From Octopus sinensis (taxonomy: Eukaryota), in assembly GCF_006345805.1 (NCBI RefSeq), contig NC_043003.1:11718001-11782000 (forward strand): a DNA stretch of 64,000 nucleotides, in the 5' to 3' direction. The stretch's first letter is position 1. Every line of letters starts with the position of its first letter. Positions 35,292 through 48,683 of the stretch are shown piece by piece. The notes under the pieces were generated by a model. It was given only the letters and a program-made list of their open reading frames with translations. It had not been told where the DNA came from and ran no database searches. Both the position numbers and the translations under genes were made by a program.

Positions 35292-36505
35292 GTTTACTTG
35301 TTTTGGGCATTAGACTGCGGCCATGCTGGGGCACCTCTTTGAAGAACTTTTGGTTGAATGAATCAACCCCAGTACTTCACCCTCCCTTTATTTTTTCCAT
35401 CCTGGTACTTATTCTATCAGTCTCTTTTGCCAAACTGCTAAGTGATGGGGATGTAAACACACCAAAACCAGTTGTCATGCAATGATGGGGTGACGAGCAT
35501 AGACACAAAGGCACACACACATATATGCATATATATATATATACTAGCAGTATCGCCCGGCGTTGCTCTGATTTGTAAGGGAAATAACTATAAAGCATTT
35601 TTAGAGAGTTATAGCCAAAAAATAGCAAAAAAATGGAAAAAAGATTATGGTAAATTTTTTTTTGAGAGTTAAAACGGTCGAGTTGCGTCCCCTAGAAGTC
35701 TGTGGTTTGTGTTTCTGATTCTCGACCCCATGTCGAATTTATCGATTTTTTTTAGAACTGGGGCAACTTTTCAAAATTTTCTCTGCGTTAGTTTTGAATT
35801 ATGACTTTGGGCTATGTGTGTGTCAAGTTTCATCAGAATCGGTTGAAAGCCGTGGTCAGGGTGAGGGTACAAGCAAACAGACACACAGAAACACACACAG
35901 ACAAACTGCCGTTTATATAGAGAGAGATACACACTTATGTGTATATATATACACACACATGTATACACATATGTATATGTATACACATATGTATATATAC
36001 ATTTATACATGTGTGTGTGTATATATATATATATACATACACACACGTTTACATATATATACGTGTGTATACATGTTTATATATATATACGTGTGTATAC
36101 ACATACACATGTTTATATATATGTATATATACGTGTATATGTATTCATATATGTATATATACGTGTATATGTATACATATATATATGTATATATACGTGT
36201 ATATGTATACATATATATATGTATACATACATGTGTGTATATATACATGTGTATATATATATATACATGTGTATATATTATGTGTGTGTGTGTATATATA
36301 TATACACATACATATATAGACATGTATATATATTTATATACACATACACACAATAGGCTTCTTTCAGTTTCTGTCTACCAAATTCACTCTCTAGGCTTTG
36401 GTTGGCCTGAGGTTATAGTAGAAGAAAGAGACTTGGCCAAGGTGCCATGCAGTGGGACTGAACACAGAACCACGAGATTGGGAAGCAAGCATCTTACCAC
36501 ACATG
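35292..36505 (-). mobile_element. SINE-A split by a Helentron-like insertion and an expanded microsatellite
   Basis: Tail and body at 35292-35520, head half at 36355-36505; (TA/TG/CA)n 35930-36350 between. Confidence 0.75.
35544..35928 (+). mobile_element. Second Helentron-like element
   Basis: ACTAGCAGTATCGCCCGGCGTTGCTC 5' end in (TA)n; ends ACAGACAAACTGCCGTTTATATAGAGAGAGAT. Confidence 0.7.
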
Positions 36506-36675
36506 TTCACAATTACTATAACAGGATAGATTACAAACTTTGCAACAGCATACCAACATTACAGCTAACCACCACCATCATCATCATAAATATTACAGTA
36601 AATATCATAACAACATCTTTCACTATCATTAGCATACTTATTATTTTTTATGTTCGTTAATATTTCATTAGTGAA

Positions 36676-37580
36676 GATGGCAACGAACTCACCAAATGAT
36701 TAGCATGCCAGATGAAATGCTTAACGATATTTTGTCTTATTACATTCTGAGTTCAAATTTCATTGATGTTGTCTTTGCCTTTCATCTCTTCGGGGGTCTG
36801 TGAAATACCATATTTTAACATGTGTAAGGAACCCTTGTGTATATGGAACCCCCTAATGTTTGGGCTTAAAATTTGGAAAAAAAGTTTTGTAAGGGATTAT
36901 AATACTATCCATGTATAAGAAACTCCCATATTTTTTAAACCTAATTTTTGATAAAAAAAAAAGGGGTTCCTTATACATGTTAAAAACAGTAAGTACCAGT
37001 GAAACACTGAGGGGTCTATGCAAATGACTTGTCGCCCTCCCTACAAATTTCAGGTCTTGAGCTTATAGTAGAAAGGATATCATAATGACATCTATCACTA
37101 TCATTAGTATTGTTATTTACGTTCGTTAATATTTCATTACTGAAGAAGGTGATGAACTAACAGATTCATCAGCACAAGGCAAAATGCTCAGTGGTATTTC
37201 GTCCATCTTTAACGCCCTGAGTTCAAATCCTGCTGAGGTCAGCTTTGCACTTCTCCCTCTCAGGGTCTATAAAATAAGTACCAGCTGAGCTCTGGGGATT
37301 GATATAATCGACTTACCCCCACAATCCCTGGCCTTGTGCCAAAATTTAAAACCAAAATGGCAGAAAGCTGATGGTATCATTACTGTGCCAGGCAAAAGGA
37401 TCAGCAGCATTTTATCTGTCCTTACATTCTGAGTTCAAATTCTACCGAGGTTGACTTTGGCTTTCATCATTTCAGGGTCGATAAAATAAGTACCAGTTGA
37501 ACGTTGGTGTTGATGTAATTGACTTAACTGCCCCCACTCCTGGATACTGCTGGCCTTGTGCAAAAATTTGAAAGCAGCAT
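36676..37580 (+). mobile_element. Three old SINE-B (tail B2) copies in tandem
   Basis: GAGTTCAAAT modules near 36750, 37220, 37430, each with Meta-like domain. Confidence 0.75.
36808..36989. mobile_element. pogo/Tc1-mariner-type MITE nested in SINE-B
   Basis: TA|CCATATTTTAACATGTGTAAGGAACCC ... GGGGTTCCTTATACATGTTAAAAACAG|TA; splits AAATA/AGTACCAG of the Meta-like domain. Confidence 0.8.
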
Positions 37581-37664
37581 TTCATTAGTGAAGAAGTAAA
37601 AACTAGTAAAAATTGTAAATTTGTAGAACTAGGATTAATTTAGACCTTAATAATGGAAGGCTGT

Positions 37665-38010
37665 GGACTGGTGGCTGATGACAGTACCGCCTGACTGGCA
37701 CTCGTGCCAGTGGAACGTTAAAAGTACCATTCGAGTGTGATCATTGCCAGCGTCGCTTTACTGGCACATGTGCTGGTGGCACGTGAAAAACAATATTTGA
37801 GCGTGGTCGTTGCCAGAACCATCTGACTGGCCCTTGTGCCAGTGGCATGTAAAAGCACCCACTACACTCTTGGAGTGGTTGGTGTTAGGAAGGGCATGCA
37901 GTTGTAGAAAAACTTCGCCAGATCAGATTAGAGCCTGGTGCAGCCATCTTGTTCACCAGTCCTCTGTCAAACCTATGCCAGCATGGAAAGCGAACATAAA
38001 ACGATGATTT
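37665..38010 (+). mobile_element. RTE-clade LINE 3' UTR fragment
   Basis: Three internal units plus tail GCCAGCATGGAAAGCG..AAACGATGAT. Confidence 0.8.
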
Positions 38011-39421
38011 GAGGGACCTTTTTTAATTCTATTTTGTTAATTAAACTCTTATTGCATCATAATAATAGATCAAATAATTTGGTTTCCTTTATTATTACTT
38101 TAAGAGGTTGCTCTGACAGCACTTTACTACAATCTTCGTCCTTGCTACTCCCACCTACCCTTATATAATGTGCGATAGCCCTGTAACTCCTTGATAGCAA
38201 GACACTGTGCTTGTCCTATTATACTTTAGCCTTTAGTATAAAAACCACCTCCGAAATATACCACCACACAGTCAAGGGAGTTTTTTTTCCCCCTGTTCCT
38301 TTTCTATCTTACAAATTACGACATCCTGACTAGTGTTGGTATCATGAAAAGAGCATTTATTACACAGTGTAAAGTGGTTGACCTAAGGAAGGACAGCTAA
38401 CTGTAGAAATAACACCAAAGCTAACATTAGTGCTCAACGCGGCCCTGCAGCTCACCAGATCCTGTTAAACCTCCAACCCATGCCAGTATGAAAACATGTT
38501 AAATAACAATAATACTGATGATATTTTTCATCAGTAATGGATTTGCGATAAACTATAGATGTATGGTAGTTCATTGCAGCTAGTTCTCTACTACTTTCCT
38601 GCTATTTTATGAGAGAGATGCCAGTCTCAAGGATGGGTACAACTTATATCTTTTTAGCTTCTCATTTTCTCGGTTGTCTAATGTTAAAACGATTAGATCA
38701 GACACTTCTATAGATCAGAAACTTTTGCATAAAGTTCTTTCCTCAGTGTCGCACAGAAATTTCAAAGAACTTGTCCTTCTGGACACTCAGATAAACTTTC
38801 TAATGATCACCAGTCAACGATGACATTTATTGTTTTTTTATAACAAAACATCGAGCAAGAAAATTAGATGGAATGTGACATATTAAAGAGGCATGACTTT
38901 GGTAGATATGCCATAGACTGAACTACTTTCTGAATGAAATGTCCAACATCCTAACGGTCAATGTATCACACATTGTCCCCAAAGTCATTCCAATACTAAT
39001 TATGTGATATTTCATAATGCATGTGTTAATGCAAAAGTGTGCACTAATGTGTTATTTGATGCATAAGTTGCGCATGGTATTTCTTCTGTGGAGACTGTTA
39101 GAATCGAAAGTGAAAGTATGTAGCCCAGTGGTAAGGGTGTTGCACTCAAGACCACATGGTCATGGTTTCTATTCCCTGACCAGAAGGAATGGTGTATTGT
39201 ACTCCATCAAAACCCTTCACTCCACTCAGCTATAAATTGGATCACCCAGCAACAGACTGGCATCCTGTTCAGGGGGTGATGTTGTGGTCTTGGTCACTTA
39301 TACATAACTGACCCTATGGGTCCTCGGATTTGTCATAATGATGTCCAGTCTTTGATAATTAGGATTTTGTTTAAATCATTTATCAACTCAGTCCCTAGCT
39401 ATTTCATGTTCTTCTTGCTAA

Positions 39422-39575
39422 TTAACGTGTATAAGGAACCCCCTAATTTTTGGGGCTTAAAATTTGGAAAAAAGAATTTGTAAGGGATTAATACTATCCA
39501 TGTATAAGAAACTTCCATATTTTTTTTAACCTAATTTTTGACAAAAAAGGGTTCTTTATACATGTTAAAATATGG
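39422..39575. mobile_element. Second copy of the pogo-type MITE (left end eroded)
   Basis: High similarity to 36808-36989; right end CATGTTAAAATATGG|TA. Confidence 0.8.
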
Positions 39576-39607
39576 TATAAACTAAAACCACATTTAATGG
39601 AGTAACA

Positions 39608-39817
39608 TGAGCTGGCAGAAACGTTAGCACGCTGGGCGATGTGCTTAGCGGTATTTCGTCTGTCATTACGATCTGAGTTCAAATTCCGCCGAGGCCAACT
39701 TTGCCTTTCATCCTTTTGGGGTTGATAAATTAAGTACCAGTTGCGTACTGGGGTCGATCTAATTGACTGGCCCCCTCCCCCCAAAATTTCGGGCCTTGTG
39801 CCTAGAGTAGAAAAGAA
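39608..39817 (+). mobile_element. SINE-B, tail B2
   Basis: Head, Meta-like domain, tail CCCCAAAATTTCGGGCCTTGTGCCTAGAGTAGAAAAG. Confidence 0.85.
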
Positions 39818-40002
39818 CATGAGATACTCTCTCTGAAATTTCTCCCCTTTAAACATTGGCTCTAACCCAGATTGACTTAGCTCATTCTTTATCTTTCTAA
39901 GCATGATAAGCAGTTATACATTGAGGAAATGGAAACAGAGTGGTGGGCAGAGCATCATAAGACAGACCTGAATATTATTCATTAATTAGATGTCCTGTTT
40001 AA

Positions 40003-40222
40003 CCCTTAATTAAGCATTCAGATTATTTTGTCCAGTTTAATGCTTATTTATTTATATTGTTTTGAATTAATTATACGTTATCTTGTAGCTTTGAGATTTC
40101 AATGATGTGAATGCTTAACTTTTGAATGGCATTGTTGGGTAGGTACAAGAGGCTGGACCTGGCCAGTTTCATTGTAAAACAGGTGGAATGTTTGGGCTGG
40201 ATGCCATCAGTTTTAAATGCAA
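40003..40222. mobile_element. piggyBac-like (TTAA) MITE, diverged
   Basis: TTAA|CCCT..AGCATTCAGATTA left end; body homologous to 43670-44009 and 44014-44231. Confidence 0.6.
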
Positions 40223-41855
40223 AATACACCATGTGTATAAATAGTGCATAAAATTTAAATTAGAGAAGTATTTTAACAGTGATGGTGGTGAATGTGGTAG
40301 TGGTGGTCATGGCAAGTTACATAATTTATGAGGTTGTTCAGTTTCATGTAAGACTGCAGCAGCCCCTAATCCTCTACAAGCTACACCTGTTGTATGATTT
40401 GAACTCAGCAGGCAAACCAACAAAACACTAATCAGTTATATAGAGCTCCCACTGCTTGCAACAATAAATTTTTTGTAAAAAGTATCAGAGACAAAATGTG
40501 AATAAACTGTCAGTCTTTAATTAAACTGTGACACTGCTGGTTCATTATCTGAAAAGGATTTTGAAATTGGTTAGTCTCCCTAATGGCAGCTCCTGACAAC
40601 TTTTTCCTGGAATAAATAATTAAGATTCTGACTTTTTCCCTAATTCTCCAATTAGCCTCAGTCACAGTAGAAAGAGGTGTGAGAACCAGTTGAACTATCT
40701 ATCTATGTCAAGGAATTTAGCTCACCTAGGACACACACACCATAATATAATTTATGTGTGTATCCATATGAATCAGTCATAGGCAACCTCTGATCTGTGA
40801 GTCATTGTTAATGGCACACCTAAACGAAAACCCACTTGAATTGTTTTTAGTAGTGTGGCCCACCTAATGATGAACCATTTAGCGTGTGGCCCACTTTTTG
40901 AACAAGGTTATCCTGCCTGGTATAATTATTAAGCCAAAGCCTCTTTGCTACAGGGACAGCTGCTCAAAACCCTTTTTCTTTTTTCTTTCTTATGGTCCTT
41001 AACCCTTTTGAAACCAACCTGCTCAAGACTGCCCCTTGCTTCTATGATAAAAAATTTCTATATAAAGTGATTTTAATGAAAATTTCCCATTAGCCTTCCA
41101 GATGAATTTATGACCAAGGTGTTTTAGTAAATTCTATTCCAAAATTAATTGAAATAAAAAGGGTAAAGTTCAACCGAAATATGACAACAAAAGGGGTCAC
41201 AGTAACAGAGGAAAGATTTTTAAACATACTTTTTTTTTGAAATTAGATGTTTATTGATCTTTTCTTCTGACCCACCTCTCCTTGTTTTTTTCTTTTTATC
41301 CTTTCTTGTAAATCAAAAGAAAGGTCTAGTGGGGGTAAATAGATGTTGCATTTGTTAAGTTCCAGAAATGGGACGAAAACTTTCTTCACGGGGTCTGTAC
41401 CATTTTGTAGGGTTTGGGAAATTTTTACTCAGATATTGCGCCTGATCTTTTAGATCTGTGCTCCCTCTCTTTCTCTCTCTCTAACCACAGCTTATTTTGG
41501 TACCTACTTGTGCTCTAACAAACTAATGTACCACACCCAGTATGATGTTATGTCTTACTCAGATTGCCTAATAATAATAATAATAATAATATTAATAACA
41601 ATAAATATAATAATAATAATAATAATAGTGGTGGCCGGGGAAGGAGAGCTAGAGAAAGAAAAAGGCGTAGAGACCAAGAATGGTTATTGTTACACTATTG
41701 GCATAGATTGAAATCAGAGCAAACATTTGGTTTTCATGTGTGTGTGCGTGTGCACATGTATATGTATGTGTGTGTGTGATGCATATAAGGATGTTTATTA
41801 TAAACATGTTCGTACACTCGTGTGCACATGCACACACACACGCGTACAGGGATAT

Positions 41856-41896
<41 letters not shown>

Positions 41897-42588
41897 TGAA
41901 GATTTGGAATGTCTATGTTTACCTTGGATAAAAGACTCCCATTAAGTCAGACACTTCTAGATATTCCACAAATTGTTAGCAATGGGCAGGTGGGTAGATG
42001 GGGGGAGTATGGTTATGGTGGGGTCGGAGGGCAGGGGGTGAGAATCGTGTAGGTAAAAATAGTTGCAGTGTTCAGTAAATGAGATTTCATGGCTTCTATT
42101 GTAGACACTGTCTTGTATGTCTATATACACAGGTTGCTATGCTACACCTCTTCTTCAACCATTGTATAATGGTGTGTGTGTATATATATATATACTTACA
42201 CACACACACACATACTTAAATGTCTACATAAACACATACACATTTGTGTGTGTGAAGCAGAGTTGGGCTGACTGGCTACGTAAAGGTATTAACCTTTATA
42301 CATGTAGCTTGTAGGTTCAAACCCCAATACTGGTATTTCATTGTTTTTTTAGGAACAACATTTTATTCTGTACACACCTGTCCAGTTGAATTTGGGAATA
42401 GTTATCAGATCACCTGGGAGTGTTAACCTGCAAAGGCCTGGCATCCTATTCAGGAAAACATTTCAGTTTTCGTCTGCTACACTATTTAAGCTAAATACCA
42501 ATTCTTAAAGGGTCTATCTCTATCTGTCTCTCTCTCTCCAAGGGCCTAGGAGACACTTAACACTACATACTTCTCCCTCTCTCTCATA

Positions 42589-42619
<31 letters not shown>

Positions 42620-42659
42620 CACACACATAAGAATAAGAACGGTGAAATTCACATCTTAT

Positions 42660-43070
42660 ATATAATACCTATATATATGTATATATACATATATATTCCT
42701 ATACATACCTATATATGTGTGTATATACTTTATATATATATATATTTCTTACATATATATTCTTATATATACGTACATATATGTGTATATATATATATTA
42801 TATGTATGTATATATATAGATATATATATATATAGATATATATATATATATATATATAGATATATATATATATATATAGATATATGTATATATATATATA
42901 TATAGATATATATATATATATATATATATATAGTATATGTATATATATATATATATATATAGATATATGTATATATATCTATATATGTATGTATATATAT
43001 ACACACACACACATGTATGTATATGTATATATATATGTATTATATGTATATATATATATATATATATATG
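42660..43070. repeat. (TA)n-rich microsatellite
   Basis: Directly visible. Confidence 0.95.
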
Positions 43071-43669
43071 AAAGACAGTGACAATGGGAGCAGCCCTTAA
43101 CTGCCTCCATATGTAGCTTCATATTGAAGTAACGTATTATTAGTGGCACACCCTCACACATACATCTACACACACGTACATACGGTTGTGTGCAAACTCT
43201 TATCTAAGCTGCTGCTGCTTCTTCTCGTCTTCCTCCTCCCCCCTCTCCTCTTCTGCTTTTTTTGTGTTGATATAACATGGTGTATATTTGCTCATTTCCT
43301 GAAACGGCCTTTTTGTTCATCTCAACTTCCACACACACACACATAAAAGAGAATAAAGAAAATAAAAAAAATGAAGATATCTTCTCCCTTTCAGACAGTC
43401 GCACAGAAATACCATTAAACATCTGCACCTCCATTTAATGCAAATATTCTCTTTGTAACAAAACAAAACAAAAAAAAAATAAAATAAAATAACAAAACAA
43501 AACACCCCAACTATCTTCTGCCCCAACCTGATTCCTCTGCCTAGATTCACCCCTACCAAATTTAAACATCTGTCTGTCTGTGCGCAGTTTTACTTATTCT
43601 GTTCTAAGCTTAACATTGATCCGTCCATCTTGTTTTATAATCAGTCCTTCACTTCCTTAGATTATTTAA

Positions 43670-44009
43670 CCGTTTTTAGCATTCAGATTACCCTCTCAAA
43701 TGTAATGCTTATTTTATTCCTATTGCCCTGAATTAATCCTGCATTATCTCATAGCTTTGAGATTTCGATGTTGTGATTGTTTATTTTTACAATGACATGG
43801 CATTAGGAAGGGCATCCAGCTGTAGAAACTCTGCCAGATCAAGATTGGGGCCTGGTGCAGCCATCTGGTGTGCTAGCATGGAAAGCGGACATTAAACGAT
43901 GATGATGATGATGATTGTAGGGTAGGTGCAAGAGGCCAGATCTCACTAGTTTGAACATAAAACAAGTTGGGTATTTGGGCTGGATATGGTGAGTTTAAAT
44001 GCTAAACGG
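43670..44009. mobile_element. piggyBac-like MITE with nested RTE tail (43799-43915)
   Basis: TTAA|CCGTTTTTAGCATT ... AATGCTAAACGG|TTAA; RTE piece splits AATGACAT/TGTAGG. Confidence 0.75.
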
Positions 44010-44013
44010 TTAA

Positions 44014-44231
44014 CCCTTTAGCATTCATATTACCCCGTGAAATGTTCTGCTCATTTATTCACGTTGTTTTCAGTTATGCATTTTACTTCATAGCTTCAAT
44101 GTTTCAGTGATGTGATTGTTTATTTTTACAATGACATTGTAGGATAGGTATGAAAGGCTGGATCTGGCTGGTTTGAACATAAAACCGGTAGAACATTTTG
44201 GCTGGATATGGCCTATTCAATTGCTAAAGGG
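44014..44231. mobile_element. piggyBac-like MITE, same family, sharing the TTAA at 44010-44013
   Basis: CCCTTTAGCATT ... ATTGCTAAAGGG termini. Confidence 0.75.
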
Positions 44232-44342
44232 TGAAACCATTGCAGCCTGCACCAGGTTCTCAGTGGTGCACTGGTCCATGTATGTCTGTTGTTGATCCTT
44301 CTGTTTTTTCCCCCTAAGATCCCATTGTTATGGTATGTTTAA

Positions 44343-44563
44343 CCCTTGCGTTACTGTATTTATTTTGAGATGCTCTGTGTTTCTTTCAATTATTTTAAAT
44401 ATAACAAAGAATTTAGTAAAATAACTTAGTTATCATTAAGCTCATGTTAGGAACATAAATTGTGACTAAGGTTTGGTGGAAGATTTTAATACAAAACTTA
44501 TGAAAACAAAACATTTGTACTACAGAGCCAGAGCCGATTTTGGCCGGGTTAGTAACAAAAGGG
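44343..44563. mobile_element. piggyBac-like MITE, second family
   Basis: TTAA|CCCTTGCGTTACT ... AGTAACAAAAGGG|TTAA. Confidence 0.75.
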
Positions 44564-44665
44564 TTAAGTCATCAGTAAGCAAATTTAACAATTGACTACT
44601 GAACTATACCCCTCGTTACATAACTTGCTAGAGCTGGTTCATTTTGAAGATACTAGGATGTATTC

Positions 44666-44849
44666 CAGCTCTATATTTAAGAGATGAGGAATTATGTACA
44701 TTATTTACATTCGACGGATATTTGTCCTCATCTTGTTTGTTGTTAACACAACGTTTCGGCTGATATAAGAAGGCTGGAGGGTATATCAGCCGAAACGTGT
44801 TAACAACAAACAAGATGAGGACAAATATCCGTCGAATGTAAATAATGTA
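44666..44849. mobile_element. Inverted Penelope-like LTR pair (family H2) with TSD
   Basis: Arms 44697-44767 and 44782-44849 identical apart from a 3-nt indel; flanked by TAGGATGTATTC at 44654-44665 and 44848-44859; contains GGCTG..CAGCC-GAAACGT hammerhead half. Confidence 0.7.
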
Positions 44850-45569
44850 GGATGTATTCTTTTCTACTCAAGACCTGAAATTTTGGAGGAGAGTGAGGGG
44901 CAGTCGATTAGATCGACCCTCAGTATGCAACTGGTATATAGTTTATCGATCCCAAAAGGATAAAGGGCAAAGTCAACCTCGGCAGAATTTGAACTCAGAA
45001 CATAAAGACAGATGAAATACCACTAAGCATTTCACCTGGCTGCTAATGTGCATTCAGTTAATCGTTTGGTCATCCAGCTTTTTGTGTTTTGAGGTTAGAT
45101 TGTGGTGGGGGACAGAGCTAGTTTCTGAGATCCATCTCACATATTGCAGTACAAGACAAGCAAACGTGTCACTCGCTGTGAATATGATAGTAGAAGCATT
45201 ATACATGGCATAAAGCACAATATATAATATATGTGCCTGCATGGAAGGTGGATGTTAAACGATGATGAAGATTAATAATTATCGCTAAGCTAACATGACA
45301 GTCCAGAAAAATAGGATGAATGCCGCTGTTGATTAGCTCCAAGAGGCCATTGCCTCTAGCTAGTTATGTGACACACAAAACTGATGACGATGATATATAT
45401 ACACAATAAAATACAGAAAACATATATAGTATTTTGTGTTTTCTAAAATGCATGTGTTTTGGCAAATTACTGCTTCTTAGTATACAAGTTCAAACCTTGC
45501 CGTTATCTTTCTGGGATTAGCTGAGCCATTGTTAGTTACCCATTGCTAGTTGGCAATCCGTCAGTTATA

Positions 45570-45842
45570 ATAATGAGTACTCCAGCTGATCTGATCAATG
45601 GAACAGCCTGCTCATGAAATTAATCTGCAAGTGGCCGAGTACTCCACAGACACACATACCCTTAATGTAGTTCTTTGGGAGATTCAGCATGACACAAAAT
45701 GTGAAAAGGCTGGCCCTTTGAATTACAGGTGCAATTGGTTTTTTGCCACCTGAGTGGACTGGAGCAATGTGAGATAAAATATCTTGCTCAAGAACATAAC
45801 ATGCTACTAGGAATTGAACTCATATCATCACGGTTGTCAGCT
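45570..45842 (-). mobile_element. SINE-D
   Basis: Homologous to 30470-30760. Confidence 0.7.
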
Positions 45843-47725
45843 AGTATTTTGTCTGTCTTTACGTTCTGAATTCAATTTCCACCGAGGTCGACTTTGCCTC
45901 TCATCCTTTCGGGGTCGACAAATTAAGTACCAATGAAATCGCCCAGTCCCTTCCCCCAAAACTTCAGGCCTTGTGCCTATAATAGAAAAGATTATTAACT
46001 GTATACTCCAGCCTCAAATATGTCCTTGTGTCTAATTAAAATAGATAATTAGTATGAAGCTATTTTGGTCTGATTGCTTCTACATTGTGTTTTGTTTTAG
46101 TTAAAACGTTTATTTTTATTAGGTTTTGGTTCTCTAAAGCAGTGCTCCTCAAACTACCTGATGTGGTATACTAGCATTTTTTTTTCTTAGGTGCCTGGGA
46201 CCCGGTAATATTTCTTAGTAATATTAATTTATACCAGAAAGACAATATATATAATGAATATAAGGCGGCGAGCTGGCAGAATCGTAAGCACGCCGGGCGA
46301 AATGCTTTCGTCTGCCGCTACGTTCTGAGTCCAAATTCCGCCACGGTCGACTTTGCCTTTCATCCTTTCGGGGTCGATAAATTAAGTACCAGTTATGCAC
46401 TGGGGTCTATATAATCGACTTAATCCGTTTGTCTGTCCTTGTTCCTCCTCTCTGTGTTTAGCCCCTTGTGGGTAGTAAAGAAATAGGTATTTCGTCTGTC
46501 TTTATGTTCTGAGTTCAAATTCTGCTGAGGTCGACTTTGCCTTTCATCCTTTCAGGGTTGATAAATTAAGTACCAGTGAAAAGCCTGGGGTTGATATCAT
46601 CGACTACTCTACCCCCGCCACCGAAATTCAAGGTTTTGTGCCTCCAGCAGAAAGGATTATTATTATTATTAAGGCAGCAAGCTGGCAGTGTTATTAACAT
46701 ACTGGACAAAATGCTTAGTTTTTTCCATTCAGAGTTCAAATCCCACTGAAGTCAGTTTCGTCTTTTATCCTTTTATGATTGATAAAATAAAGTCCCAGTT
46801 GAACACTGGGGTCAGTGTAAATGACTGGCTCCCTCCTGAAATTTCAGGCTTTGTGCCTGTAGTAGAAACAAATATTATGAAGAAGGTGAACTGGGAGAAT
46901 CATTAGCACCTTGGGCAAAATGCTTTGCCGTATTTCTTCTGGCTCTTTATGTCCCAAGTTCAAATACTGCTGAAGTAAACTTTGTCATTCATCCTTCCAG
47001 GGTCAGTAAAATGAAGTACCAGTTATGTACTGGGGTCAATGTAATCAGCTATTTCTTTCTCTCAAAATTACTGGCTTTGTGCCAAAATTAGAAATAAATT
47101 ATTATTAAGGCGAGGGCAGCAAGGTGGCAGAATCGTTATTATGCCAGGCGAAATGCTTAGCGGTATTTTGCCCTTTGGTACATTCGGAGTTCAAATTCTG
47201 CCGGGGTCGACTTTGCCTTTCATCCTTTTGGGATTGATTAGATAAGTACCAGTTATGCACTGGGGTCGATATAATCGACTTAATCCGTTTGTCTGTCCTT
47301 GTTTGTCTCCTCTGTGTTTAGCCCCTTGTGGGCAGTAAAGAAATAGGTATTTCCTCTGTCATATTCTGAGTTCAAATTCTGCTGAGGTCGACTTTGCCTT
47401 TCAACCTTTCAGGGTTGATGAAATAAGTACCAGTTACGCACAGGGGTCAATGTAATCAACTAGCCCCCTTCCCCATCAAATTTTCCAAGGCCTTGTGCAT
47501 AGAATAGAAATAATTATTATTAAGGCAGACTTGTTAACATGCCGGAGAAAATGCTTAGCAGCATTTCATCCATCTTATGCTTTGAGTTCAAATTCTGCTG
47601 AGGTCAACTTTGCCTTGTCATCCTTTCAGGGTCGATGAAATAAGTACCAGTTAAACACTGGGGGTCGATGTAATCGACTCATCCCCACCTTTCCCAAACA
47701 GCCCTTGTGGCAAAAATTTGAAATA
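45843..47725 (+). mobile_element. Array of ~8 SINE-B modules, including two B1-into-B2 composites
   Basis: Repeated head/Meta modules; AAAGAAATA|GGTATTTC junctions at 46485/6 and 47345/6. Confidence 0.85.
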
Positions 47726-47729
47726 CTCT

Positions 47730-48085
47730 ATTTGTTTCAGTCATTTGACTGTGGCCATGCTGGAACACCACCTTTATTTAGTTGAGCAAATCAACCCCAG
47801 GACTTATTCTTTCTAAGCCTAGTACTTATTCTATTTGTCTCTTTTGCCGAACCGCTAAGTTACGGGGACGTAAACACACCAGCATCGGTTGTCAAGTGAT
47901 GGGGGGACAAACACAGACACAAACACACTCACACGACGGGCTTCTTTCAGTTTCCGTCTACCAAATCCACTCACAAGGCTTTGGTCGGCCCCAGGCTATA
48001 GTAGAAGACACTTGCCCAGTGGGACTGAACCTGGAACCATTTGGTTCGTAAGCAAGCTACTTACCACACAGCCACTCCTACACCT
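47730..48085 (-). mobile_element. SINE-A, full length
   Basis: Reverse complement of head, body and tail. Confidence 0.9.
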
Positions 48086-48647
48086 ATAATTATTATTTCA
48101 AACTTAATGTAAAACCATTTTATTTTTCTAATTCACTTTTCTTAGCCGAATTTATAAGTGAAACAAAAAAATGAAAACTGATAAATTACAAATTTTCTTG
48201 GATTGACTGAAAATTAAAAAAATACACACACACATATAAACATCCATTACACACACACATATATACACACATGCATGCATACACACATTCACTCTGAACA
48301 GAAAGGACAAGCCTGTTGTATGAAACGAACCCCTTTTAATAAAACTGTTTTTGATCTCTTTGATGCATCTTCTCCCATCTCACCTAACACTTAACCGTGT
48401 CTCGTGTCTTGTCCTTCTTGATGTCCCTATACTTGACCAGGTCAAGCATTCTATTTAATTTACGATTTGATTTATAATTAATTTGCTTATTTTTTATTTA
48501 TTTAGTTTTGTTTTTTTTGTTTTTGTTTATATATATGTATATGGTTTTTTTTTTTGGTTTTTTTTTTTTCAAATTACAAAGAAGAAAAAAATTATAATGG
48601 TCTTTTCTCCCCCTCACCTCTCTCTCCAATTTTTCTCTCTTTCTCAA

Positions 48648-48683
<36 letters not shown>

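Noticed and set aside
40774-40919. hAT-like MITE remnant (CAGTCATAGGCAACCT ... AAGGTTATCCTGCCTG)
   Set aside because: Termini too degenerate and no 8-bp TSD found.
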